From Candidatus Latescibacterota bacterium (GTDB lineage Bacteria > Hydrothermota > Tepidihabitantia > Tepidihabitantales > CAIPLT01), in assembly GCA_018335915.1 (NCBI GenBank), contig JAGXRL010000044.1, positions 1 to 43,164 on the forward strand: a DNA stretch of 43,164 nucleotides. The letters are read 5' to 3'. Under the pieces are notes generated by a model. The model saw nothing but the letters and a program-made list of their open reading frames with translations. It made no database searches and was not told the origin of the DNA. Of the stretch, positions 34,528-42,936 are shown one piece after another; positions within the stretch are counted from its first letter, which is position 1; every line of letters starts with the position of its first letter. The position numbers and the translations under genes are program-made.

Positions 34528-34899
34528 TTAACACTCTTTGCTTTTTTTAATTAATTTCTCTGCTTCTTCAGCAGTTATTTCACCAGCTTCAAGTTTAGCA
34601 ATGATGTCTTCGACTTCTTTATTAACCGGGGCAGGTTTAAATCCCAGGTTTTCAAGCAAAGCATCCAGACGACTGCGCACTGTTGGATAAGAGATACCGA
34701 GTTCTTTTTCGATATCCTTGATGTTACCACGGTTTTTTAAGAAAACGAGCATAAAATCGTATAAGTCCTGGGGTAATAAACAGGCATGAGGGATATCAAA
34801 GTTACCAGAGACTGAAACTCCGCATTCATGACATCTTAGCTCAGATATCAACATTTTTGAACTGCATACTGGACATTTTGTTAAAATTGTTGTTTTCAT
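34528..34899 (-). CDS. DUF2089-type zinc-ribbon plus HTH protein with a C-terminal SHOCT-like helix
   Basis: CPVCSSKM...LRCHECGVSVSG zinc ribbon, an HTH region (...IKDIEKELGISYPTVRSRL...) and a C-terminal AKLEAGEITAEEAEKLIKK. Confidence 0.8.
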   Translation of the reverse strand: MKTTILTKCPVCSSKMLISELRCHECGVSVSGNFDIPHACLLPQDLYDFMLVFLKNRGNIKDIEKELGISYPTVRSRLDALLENLGFKPAPVNKEVEDIIAKLEAGEITAEEAEKLIKKSKEC

Positions 34900-34906
34900 A
34901 TGTATT

Positions 34907-34934
34907 ATTTTAACATAATTATTGATTTTGTCAA
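34907..34934 (-). promoter_or_regulatory. Sigma70-type promoter, leaderless geometry
   Basis: On the minus strand: TTGACA (34934-34929), 16-nt spacer, TAAAAT (34912-34907). ATG 34899 lies 7 nt downstream with no SD. Confidence 0.55.
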
Positions 34935-35055
34935 GTATTTTTTTAATTAATGTTAATTTTATTAATAATTGAATTAACTATTGTAAAATAAGGCATTTCG
35001 GGTCTTAAAATTATCTAATATTGTTATTAATTATATTAATTTTAAGAAAATTACA

Positions 35056-35064
35056 GGGGGGGGG
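35056..35064. repeat. G9/C9 homopolymer tract
   Basis: Nine consecutive G residues in an otherwise extremely AT-rich spacer. The tract lies 2 nt beyond the stop of the transglutaminase-like gene and about 120 nt upstream of the DUF2089 promoter. Confidence 0.9.
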
Positions 35065-35066
35065 TA

Positions 35067-37592
35067 TTAATTTTGTAAAGTTTGGATGAGTTTAGAAAGG
35101 TGTAGATTTAATCCTTCGGTCCAGAATAGACATTTGCCATTTCTTAAATAGATTATTGATGGTAAATCTTTAATTGTCCAGGAGTCTAATATTTCTTGAG
35201 ATACATATTGGTCATGATGAATTTTATCTCCAAGTAAATTGAGATACCATAAATTTAATCCTCTTGATTGAGAATGATGAAAAAGATAGACTTTACCAGG
35301 AAAATTTTTTATCGCCTGTTGAGCATTATTAAGGGTTGAGACCGAAGCTTCAGAATGAGTGTTAAATATTAAGATTAAGACTTCGCCCTGATTAATATCT
35401 TTTTCCTTAACACCGAGTTTGGCCAAATTAGAAAGACCTTTATACTCCCTGATTACCAAATCGCCTGGTTTGATGTCATAAGGCAGGTCAGTTTTAATCG
35501 TATATGTGATTGTGTCAATTGTCGGTCTGATTTTCTTTAATCTTACATAAGCATCGCCAAAACCATTGCGCCAGCCAGAAATTACATACGATGTTATGTC
35601 GTCCAGTTTAATAATTGAATAACCGTTGATTGTGTCAATCGGCGGGTCGAGCCGGATTGGTGATTCTTTAAAACGTGTTATGCTATAGTCTTCATAATAT
35701 TCTGCCTTATCTGTAACATTCATATTATTCGCTTCGAATTTCAAACCGACCCAAAGATTTTTCTTTTCTTTCATAGCGTCAAAACTCTTTTCCTGCCAGC
35801 CATTATCCCAATACTCAACTGCATCTTCACTCCATTTAATTCTCGAGGGGATACCGACGCTTCTCAAAGCTCCAATAATAAAAACATATTGTTCCAGTTT
35901 GGTTGCATGTTTTGCCTTATAAACATCCTGGGGATTCATCATCGGTCCAAACGCATCGCTGTTTTTTTTGAGGGCGATATGTTCGGTAACCCAATTAAAT
36001 AAAGAGTCGATTTTATCTTCGGTTGAGATGAAAAAATAGGGTGCTTCGAGAATCGGCAGGTTCTCATCAATCACGAACTGGATAAACAATCGCCAGAGGT
36101 CTAATTGTTCATAATGAATTCTGGGCGAGACAAGATAATCGCGGATAATCGTGTCGGGAATTTTACGGTCGCACATAGTTAAAGTTCGTTGGACTGCAGT
36201 CAGTTCCTGAAAGAGTTGGTTCGTGTCGAGTCTGACCAGGTCTTTTGAGACAAGGGTTTTACAATACTCGACAAAAATCGGTCTTTTCAGGTCAGGCAGG
36301 TTTAAGTAAAATTGTAAGAGTGAACGACCGTTTGCCTTGGCGTTTTTGATTATATTTGTTAAACTGGTATCAAGTCGGTGCAGAGTCTGTTTAAGATTAT
36401 TGTCAACGATATTAATCTTAGCAATATGCATATCTCTGATTTCATTTAACAGTTTGATATCAGGCTTGTATTTTGATTTATGACTTTGTCCAGTAACTTT
36501 TCTTGTATATAACCAGAAAGATGTGTCAGGGATTTCTTTCTTTGATATATTGATAATAACCGTATCAATATTTTTATCTGATGGTCGCCAGATATAATAC
36601 CCAATTTGAGAATCTTTATGAGCATAAATAAACAAATCGGTCTTGCCAACAGACCATTGGACAATGCCATTATTATCAGTCTTTTTTAGTCCGACTGGCA
36701 CTAATGAAGCATAATTATAAACATTGATTGATACGGATGCGCTTTCCTGAGGCAGGTTATCTTTCTTGACCTGGATAAAAAGATTGGCAACATCACTGTA
36801 ATTTGGGGTTGAGTTAATAATTGTGTAGTTATTTTCGCTCCGGTCAATTATTTCAATCGAATCGGTAATTTTTCCATAAACAGTGCTTTTAATGATTGCG
36901 GTTCGTTTTGCCGGAGTTGCAAACCAGGTATGGTCAAGGTCAGTCAATTCCCCACCACCTAATGAGTGCCATTTTCCGTCAATCCAGATTTCAACCCAGG
37001 CGTGATTACCATTTGTATATGACCACCAGGGCGTATAAGTGTGACGAGATGGAATACAAACGGTTCTTAGTGCTTTTATAAAAAGAATTGACATTTCTTC
37101 GCACCGACCAATGCCCCGTTTTATTGTCGTTGTAGCATTCTGGTCCCAGGGTTCGGTCGGCTCATAGACCATTTTAGTATAGACCCATTCGTTGATTTTA
37201 TAGACCGCATCCTGCATGCGTTTAGTTTTCTGCACGAGATTGTATAGTTCATCCGCATATTGAGCCGTAAAATTTTCCAGAGGTTCCTGGCTGACCCGGT
37301 GGGGCAGGATGTAATAATAAAACAGATTACTATTTATCTGATTTTTCCACGGTACCCGCTCATAATTCTTTTTCAAAGCATCAAAATAAGCAATAAAATC
37401 GTCAGACTGCAAATTGACCAAGTCAACATCAGGCATGGCAGACAAAAGAAATTCAGCCCAGTCCAGGTATCCTTTTTGTTCAGATACTGAGATAAAATTT
37501 TCTATTTCTGATGTATTGGTCCCTGCTCTAATCAGAATTGAATCTTGGCTAAATCCAAAGTTCAATAGCGATAAAAGTAGTATTATTTGCAT
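35067..37592 (-). CDS. Secreted transglutaminase-like (papain-fold Cys-His-Asp) domain protein
   Basis: Signal peptide MQIILLLSLLNFGFSQ. GIGRCEEMSILFIKALRTVCIPSR ... NHAWVEIWIDGKW...D is the transglutaminase core. A second, Cys-less, related segment is VFIIGALRSVGIPSRIKW. Confidence 0.8.
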   Translation of the reverse strand: MQIILLLSLLNFGFSQDSILIRAGTNTSEIENFISVSEQKGYLDWAEFLLSAMPDVDLVNLQSDDFIAYFDALKKNYERVPWKNQINSNLFYYYILPHRVSQEPLENFTAQYADELYNLVQKTKRMQDAVYKINEWVYTKMVYEPTEPWDQNATTTIKRGIGRCEEMSILFIKALRTVCIPSRHTYTPWWSYTNGNHAWVEIWIDGKWHSLGGGELTDLDHTWFATPAKRTAIIKSTVYGKITDSIEIIDRSENNYTIINSTPNYSDVANLFIQVKKDNLPQESASVSINVYNYASLVPVGLKKTDNNGIVQWSVGKTDLFIYAHKDSQIGYYIWRPSDKNIDTVIINISKKEIPDTSFWLYTRKVTGQSHKSKYKPDIKLLNEIRDMHIAKINIVDNNLKQTLHRLDTSLTNIIKNAKANGRSLLQFYLNLPDLKRPIFVEYCKTLVSKDLVRLDTNQLFQELTAVQRTLTMCDRKIPDTIIRDYLVSPRIHYEQLDLWRLFIQFVIDENLPILEAPYFFISTEDKIDSLFNWVTEHIALKKNSDAFGPMMNPQDVYKAKHATKLEQYVFIIGALRSVGIPSRIKWSEDAVEYWDNGWQEKSFDAMKEKKNLWVGLKFEANNMNVTDKAEYYEDYSITRFKESPIRLDPPIDTINGYSIIKLDDITSYVISGWRNGFGDAYVRLKKIRPTIDTITYTIKTDLPYDIKPGDLVIREYKGLSNLAKLGVKEKDINQGEVLILIFNTHSEASVSTLNNAQQAIKNFPGKVYLFHHSQSRGLNLWYLNLLGDKIHHDQYVSQEILDSWTIKDLPSIIYLRNGKCLFWTEGLNLHLSKLIQTLQN

Positions 37593-37610
37593 TTATTATA
37601 ATCTATCCTA

Positions 37611-37718
37611 TTAAACCTGAAAGTCAAGAATAAATATCACCGCGAAAACAAGAAAGAGCAATAAGGAGACCAAGAAACTCGGAGATGCTGCATTAAGTTC
37701 AGCACCCTGATTTCTCAT
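37611..37718 (-). CDS. Possible 35-aa hydrophobic peptide (MRNQGAELNAASPSFLVSLLLFLVFAVIFILDFQV)
   Basis: This short ORF is not in the supplied track. AGGA lies 4 nt before the ATG, and there is one predicted TM helix. Its 3' end overlaps the putative promoter of the downstream gene, so the call is speculative. Confidence 0.2.
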   Translation of the reverse strand: MRNQGAELNAASPSFLVSLLLFLVFAVIFILDFQV

Positions 37719-37778
37719 GTATTCCTGGTTTCCTCATAATTTTTTATTATTTTCAGGATATTCGCGGTGTAATCTTTT

Positions 37779-39053
37779 CTATCGGAAAATTTCAATACTT
37801 TCAGTTTCCGGATTAAAATTAATCAGGTGTCTGATTGGTTTGGTTAGAATCGATAATAAGAAAGAAATCAGGGTGCACCCGAATGCAGATGAGATTAAAA
37901 CTTGAATCGGGATAAACTCGGCGAGCGCACCGCCAATTGCAAACGCAACCGGCATCAGGCCGCCAGCAATGGTGCCGATTAAACTAAAAATTTTTCCTCT
38001 CATATTCTGCGGAACCGCAGCGCTGAAGGTCGCCATAATAAACGAATTTAAGATTGCATTGGAAACGCCAAGGATAATCGCAAAACCGACCATTAATGGG
38101 AAATAGAGCCAGATCGGCATAAGAATCGAAGCGACCATGCTCAAAATACCGCAGAGCGCGAAAAATTTAAACCGGTGCGCATATTGAAAATGGATGATTG
38201 AAGTTAAGAGATAACCGGCAAACATACTGCCGGTGACAACTGCCATAAGAATGCCGTAGCGGGCAGGACCCAAAGACGGCGTGTTATTGAAAAGCGGTAA
38301 GAACAACATAATACCCATCACGGCAAAGAAATTAAGTGCGGCAGCGCTTAATGTTAAATAGCGGATACCGCGATACTGCCAGACAAATTTGAATCCTTCT
38401 TTTAAATCAGCAAGAAAATGGAAATCAGTATGGGTATGAACCACTTTGGGTATTTTAATGAATATTTCAGTGATTGCGGAAAAGAGATAACTGATGCCAT
38501 TGATTAGAAACATAAGCGGTGCGCCGAGTATCTGAAAAAGCACGCCGCCCAGAGCATTACCGACAATACCAGCACCGGTCGTGACCATGGAAAATGCTGA
38601 ATTGGCTTTGATAAGTTTATTGGTTGGCACAATGTCAGGAATAGAAGAACTGACCGTTGGATTAAAAAATGCCGCACCGAGACCGATAATAATTCCAGAA
38701 ACAAATACCATCCAGATCGATAGCAGATTGAAATAAGCCGCAATTGCAACTGCGACAACAAAGACGCCGCGTACCGCATCCATCGCAACTAACAGCCATT
38801 TGCGGTTACTGCGGTCAACCAGGACACCGGCAAACGGTGAAACAAGGATACGGGGTAGTGTTGATGTTGCCATTAAACTGCCCATAATTACGGTCGAACC
38901 GGTCTTCTGCAATATCCAGAAGCCGAGTGCAATTGCATAAATTGAATCACCAATAAACGATACGAGCTGACCCTGCCAAAGCATAAAGAAATTGAAGTTC
39001 CAGAGTTTTTTTACAATCATGTTTGAATTGGTAACGGATTGTTTGTTATTCAT
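37779..39053 (-). CDS. MFS transporter (MFS_3 / EntS-like layout)
   Basis: About 12 TM helices. N-terminal FFMLWQGQLVSFIGDSIYAIALGFWIL. ATG 39053 is preferred over the TTG at 39080. Stop codon TAG. Confidence 0.8.
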   Translation of the reverse strand: MNNKQSVTNSNMIVKKLWNFNFFMLWQGQLVSFIGDSIYAIALGFWILQKTGSTVIMGSLMATSTLPRILVSPFAGVLVDRSNRKWLLVAMDAVRGVFVVAVAIAAYFNLLSIWMVFVSGIIIGLGAAFFNPTVSSSIPDIVPTNKLIKANSAFSMVTTGAGIVGNALGGVLFQILGAPLMFLINGISYLFSAITEIFIKIPKVVHTHTDFHFLADLKEGFKFVWQYRGIRYLTLSAAALNFFAVMGIMLFLPLFNNTPSLGPARYGILMAVVTGSMFAGYLLTSIIHFQYAHRFKFFALCGILSMVASILMPIWLYFPLMVGFAIILGVSNAILNSFIMATFSAAVPQNMRGKIFSLIGTIAGGLMPVAFAIGGALAEFIPIQVLISSAFGCTLISFLLSILTKPIRHLINFNPETESIEIFR

Positions 39054-39122
39054 GATAAAAATATACTTAAGTTTGAACAAGCTGACAAGTCAAGTTAAAA
39101 AGCAAGAAAATCTAATTTCGAA

Positions 39123-39174
39123 AACAGACACCACAAAGACACAGAGACACAGAGAAAAGAAAAATTCAAAATTC
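39123..39174. repeat. CACAAAG/CACAGAG repeat followed by two AAAATTC heptamers, downstream of ppdK
   Basis: AACAGACACCACAAAGACACAGAGACACAGAG matches the left arm of the 41868-41946 element. AAAATTC is repeated at 39161-39174. Confidence 0.6.
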
Positions 39175-39201
39175 TTTTGTGTTTACTTGTATTTATCTCT
39201 G

Positions 39202-41835
39202 TTAATGAGGGGTATATTTTTTGTATTTTAGTACTGCCTGAGCTGCAGCAATACGAGCACCAATAATACGATACGGTGAGGAACTGATATAATCAAGTCC
39301 GATTTTGTGAAAGAAATCGATTGAGTCGGCATCGCCACCGTGTTCACCACAGATGCCAATTTTAAGATTGGATTTCGATTTTCGACCCAATCTCACCGCC
39401 ATCTTAATCATCTGACCGACACCATTGGTATCTAAAGTTTCAAACGGATTTGATTCAAGAATTTTTTTATCTAAGTACTGATTCAGAAATTTGCCAGCAT
39501 CGTCGCGCGAATAACCGAAAACGGTCTGGGTCAGGTCATTGGTACCAAAGGAAAAGAAATCGGCTTCGCGGGCGATTTCATTGGCAACCAGTGCGGCACG
39601 GGGCACTTCAATCATTGTGCCGATTGTATAGCTGATTTTAATCTGATATTTTGCCATCATCAGACTGGCAACTCGCTCGACGATTTTTTCCTGGTGTACG
39701 AATTCAGCTTGAGTGCCGACCAACGGAATCATAATTTCGGGCAATACTTTTACGCCCTGCCGGGTTAATTCGCAGGCCGCTTCGAAAATTGCCTGTGCCT
39801 GCATTTCAGTAATCTCGGGATAGGTGATGCCGAGCCGGCAGCCTCTGAATCCGAGCATCGGATTGTCTTCTTTGAGCAGATTGATGCGTTGTTTGACTTT
39901 TTCAACCGGTAATTTTATACGGCGGGCAAGACTCGCAATCTGTTTTTCGTCTTTGGGCAGGAATTCATGCAAAGGCGGGTCGAGGGTTCTGATGGTTACA
40001 GGAAGACCAGCCATTGCTTTGAAAATACCGATAAAATCCTGTTTCTGAAAAGGCAGTAATTTACTTAAAGCACGTGCTCTCTGCTCAGAAGTTGAAGCAA
40101 GAATCATCTCGCGCATCGGCCAGATTCGCTTGGCGCCAAAAAACATATGCTCGGTGCGGCAGAGTCCAATACCCTGCGCACCAAATTTACGGGCAACTAA
40201 AGCATCCTGGGGTGTATCGGCATTGGTTCGGATTTGTAAGGTTTTGATCTGGTCGGTCCACTGTAAAATGGTTTTAAATTCCTGGCTCAGTTCTGGTTCC
40301 TGGGTTTTGAGTTCACCTGAATAAACTGCACCGCTCGTGCCGTCAATCGTGATTTTCATACCCTGTTTGATTTCAAGGTCGCCGAACATTGCTTTTTGTC
40401 CGGATTCGTCAATCTTAATCTCTTCGCAACCAACGATACAGGGTTTACCCATACCACGGGCAACGACAGCGGCGTGCGAAGTCATGCCACCGGTCGCAGT
40501 GAGAAAACCGACCGAATGCGCCATACCACCAACATCTTCAGCCGATGTTTTGGTTCGGACCAGGATTACTTTGATACCTTTGCGTCCCAGCTTGATTGCT
40601 TTACCGGTCGAAAAGATTGCCTGACCGGAGATTGCACCGGGCGAGGCCGGAATTCCTTTGACGAGCGGGGTTATCTTTTCTTTTTCAGAAATCATCGGAT
40701 GCAGGAGAGCTTCGATATCTTTTGCCGAGATGCGCATGATTGCCTGGGCTTTATCAATCATGCCCTGCGCGTGCATATCATAGGCAATTTTGACCGCGGC
40801 ACGCGGAGTGCGTTTGCCACGGCGTGCCTGTAAAATCCAGAGACGGTTGTTTTCAATCGTAAATTCGACATCAGACATATCGCGGTAGTGGTTTTCCAGT
40901 TTTTTAAGAATTCTTAATAACTGGGCATAATTTTTCGGGTGGGTTTGTTCAAGCCACTCAATCGGTTTTGGTGTGCGCACACCGGCAACAATATCTTCAC
41001 CCTGGGCATTGAGCAGAAATTCACCATAAGGTTCGTTTTCGCCATTCGCCGGATTGCGAGTAAAAACCACGCCGGTTGCAGAAGTCTCGCCCATATTGCC
41101 AAAAACCATTGCCTGGACATTAACCGCAGTGCCCCAATCTTTAGGTATTTTATAGATACGGCGATACTCCTGAGCACGCGGATTGTTCCACGATTCAAAT
41201 ACAGCTGTGATTGCCATCCAGAGTTGGTCAAACGGGTCTTCGGGAAATGATTTGCCAGTCAGTTCCAGGACTTTAATTTTATAATGGCGGATAATATACT
41301 CAAGCGTGTTCTCAGTCAGGTCAGAGTCTAATTTAAACTGTTGGCGATTTTTTTCGGTGTCGAAAATTTTTTCGAATTCTTCAATCGGCAAATCAAAGAC
41401 AACCTCAGAAAACATTTCGAGAAATCGCCGATAGGAGTCCAAAGCGAATCGGCGATTTTTGGTTTGCTTAGCCAAGCCATCAACAGTTGAGTCGTTCAAA
41501 CCGAGATTTAAGACCGAATCGAGCATACCGGGCATCGAAGCTTTAGCACCAGAACGGATTGATAAGAGCAGAGGATTTTCCGCACTGCCAAATTTGCGGC
41601 CAGTAATCTGCTCGATAAATTTCATACCCTGTTTTACTTCATTGAGTAATTTTTTCGGATATTTACCGGTTTTCAGATATTGGACACAAACTTTAGTGTT
41701 TATGGTAAAACCAGGCGGGACCGAAATACCGAGGTTGGTCATCTCAGCCAGACCAGCACCTTTACCGCCCAAAAGCGCAGAGAGCCGAGCCGAACCGTCG
41801 GCTTTGGAATTACCAAACCGATAAACATATAACAT
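39202..41835 (-). CDS. ppdK: Pyruvate, phosphate dikinase
   Basis: GGMTSHAAVVARGMGKPC (phospho-His), GLCRTEHMFF, ICGEHGGD. About 877 aa from ATG 41835; the ORF track extends to the TTG at 41844. Confidence 0.96.
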   Translation of the reverse strand: MLYVYRFGNSKADGSARLSALLGGKGAGLAEMTNLGISVPPGFTINTKVCVQYLKTGKYPKKLLNEVKQGMKFIEQITGRKFGSAENPLLLSIRSGAKASMPGMLDSVLNLGLNDSTVDGLAKQTKNRRFALDSYRRFLEMFSEVVFDLPIEEFEKIFDTEKNRQQFKLDSDLTENTLEYIIRHYKIKVLELTGKSFPEDPFDQLWMAITAVFESWNNPRAQEYRRIYKIPKDWGTAVNVQAMVFGNMGETSATGVVFTRNPANGENEPYGEFLLNAQGEDIVAGVRTPKPIEWLEQTHPKNYAQLLRILKKLENHYRDMSDVEFTIENNRLWILQARRGKRTPRAAVKIAYDMHAQGMIDKAQAIMRISAKDIEALLHPMISEKEKITPLVKGIPASPGAISGQAIFSTGKAIKLGRKGIKVILVRTKTSAEDVGGMAHSVGFLTATGGMTSHAAVVARGMGKPCIVGCEEIKIDESGQKAMFGDLEIKQGMKITIDGTSGAVYSGELKTQEPELSQEFKTILQWTDQIKTLQIRTNADTPQDALVARKFGAQGIGLCRTEHMFFGAKRIWPMREMILASTSEQRARALSKLLPFQKQDFIGIFKAMAGLPVTIRTLDPPLHEFLPKDEKQIASLARRIKLPVEKVKQRINLLKEDNPMLGFRGCRLGITYPEITEMQAQAIFEAACELTRQGVKVLPEIMIPLVGTQAEFVHQEKIVERVASLMMAKYQIKISYTIGTMIEVPRAALVANEIAREADFFSFGTNDLTQTVFGYSRDDAGKFLNQYLDKKILESNPFETLDTNGVGQMIKMAVRLGRKSKSNLKIGICGEHGGDADSIDFFHKIGLDYISSSPYRIIGARIAAAQAVLKYKKYTPH

Positions 41836-41969
41836 AAAATTCAAAATTCAAAATTCAAAATGAACAGATACCACAAAGACACAAAGGCACGAAGGGCACA
41901 AAGATTTTCTCTGATTTTTCTCTGTGACTCTGTGCCTCTGTGGTATTCGTTATTCAAAATTCAAAATTC
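41836..41969. repeat. Composite element: AAAATTC heptamers, an imperfect inverted repeat of about 28 bp made of CACAAAG/CTCTGTG units, then more AAAATTC heptamers
   Basis: Heptamers at 41836-41856 (3 copies) and 41956-41969 (2 copies). The left arm ATACCACAAAGACACAAAGGCAC... (41868-) faces the right arm ...GTGCCTCTGTGGTAT (to 41946). Confidence 0.7.
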
Positions 41970-42000
41970 TCCGACAAATCCGTGTAATCCGTGGTTACAA

Positions 42001-42243
42001 CTATATATGACCTGTATCTGATTGTGATGCAAGGAAGTTGTCAATAATTTCTTTAGCCTGCTCATAATCGTCTTCATCAACCAGAATTTCTCCCCACTCA
42101 GGGCGCATCATCTTGGCAAGTCCATCATACCAGGGAATCTGGAATGAATGGAGCATCGCCTGAATACCAGACTGTTCTAATAATGATTTAAGACTCATTG
42201 CCAATAATTCAGTGTCTGGTTTGTAAACTGATTTCAACGCCAT
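42001..42243 (-). CDS. DUF2007-like small protein (putative signal-transducing fold)
   Basis: 80 aa. The pattern ...EAQMLKSLLEQSGI.A......-like followed by ...ILVDEDDYEQAKEII resembles PF09413. Confidence 0.6.
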   Translation of the reverse strand: MALKSVYKPDTELLAMSLKSLLEQSGIQAMLHSFQIPWYDGLAKMMRPEWGEILVDEDDYEQAKEIIDNFLASQSDTGHI

Positions 42244-42249
42244 GCATTT

Positions 42250-42278
42250 ATTATAAATTGAGTCTGGGGAAAAGTCAA
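42250..42278 (-). promoter_or_regulatory. Consensus-like sigma70 promoter, leaderless geometry
   Basis: On the minus strand: TTGACT (42278-42273), 17-nt spacer, TATAAT (42255-42250). ATG 42243 lies 6 nt downstream with no SD. Confidence 0.6.
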
Positions 42279-42315
42279 TTATGAATTGATAATAATCAGC
42301 TTTTTGTATGTTTGC

Positions 42316-42344
42316 TTGACAAATGTCTTAATTACGCAGATAAT
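42316..42344 (+). promoter_or_regulatory. Sigma70-type promoter
   Basis: TTGACA (42316-42321), 17-nt spacer, GATAAT (42339-42344). ATG 42358 lies 13 nt downstream. Confidence 0.55.
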
Positions 42345-42357
42345 CAAGATAAGAAAC

Positions 42358-42936
42358 ATGGCTAACCAGTCTTTGACACCGATTTATTTAGTTCCGTTCG
42401 AATATATCGAATCGTCGCTGTTAAATTATTTAGTCAATGAGCTGAACGAATTTTTCAGGGTTAATATCGTTATTGAGAACAAACAACCATTGCCGCCGGC
42501 TTCGTATAATCAATATCGAAATCAATACCGGGCAACGGCTTTTTTGCAGGCATTACAAAACCTGCATAAACAAGAAAAAACAGTCGGTATTTGTAATGTG
42601 GATATTTACGCTTCAAACCTTGATTTTGTGTTCAGCATTGCGGAGCCATCAGCACAGGTTGCAATCGTGTCATTAACAAGATTAAGACCGATATATTATA
42701 AAATGTACCAGGACGAAGGTGTGTTCTGGATGAGAGTGCTTAAAGAAATATTCCACGCCCTGGGCCGTATTTATGGACTGGAGCATTGTTATCGACAAGA
42801 ATGCGTGATGTCAGGATCGAGTTCAATTATGGATATTGATATTAAATCAGACCGGTTTTGCGGGGATTGTCGAAGATTGATAAGAGCAGCAATCGAAAAA
42901 GAGAACCCAATCACGGATGAAAAGAAAAATTCATAA
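42358..42936 (+). CDS. Archaemetzincin (peptidase M54)-like protein with a degenerate catalytic motif
   Basis: HALGRIYGLEHCYRQECVM-x16-CGDC aligns to the family signature HExxHxxGxxHCx4CxM-x17-CxxC. The Cys4 part is intact, but the E and the second H are replaced (A and R). The start is set at ATG 42358 because the promoter lies inside the longer TTG-started ORF. Confidence 0.7.
   Translation: MANQSLTPIYLVPFEYIESSLLNYLVNELNEFFRVNIVIENKQPLPPASYNQYRNQYRATAFLQALQNLHKQEKTVGICNVDIYASNLDFVFSIAEPSAQVAIVSLTRLRPIYYKMYQDEGVFWMRVLKEIFHALGRIYGLEHCYRQECVMSGSSSIMDIDIKSDRFCGDCRRLIRAAIEKENPITDEKKNS

Noticed and set aside
37638-37769. A 9-bp inverted repeat CACCGCGAA/TTCGCGGTG, 115 nt apart, considered as the terminal inverted repeats of a miniature mobile element
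   Set aside because: A rough estimate gives tens of such 9-bp inverted pairs within 150 nt by chance in 43 kb. There is no target-site duplication and no second copy.
40396-40833. A 145-aa plus-strand ORF, together with many 60-120-aa ORFs antisense to or out of frame with long genes (for example 320-514, 9669-9932, 13424-13771, 16451-16783, 19662-19958, 32836-33168, 33762-34292, 38504-38788)
   Set aside because: All are nested within much longer ORFs that have clear family signatures (ppdK, purA, GT2 and others). They are shadow ORFs with no independent support.
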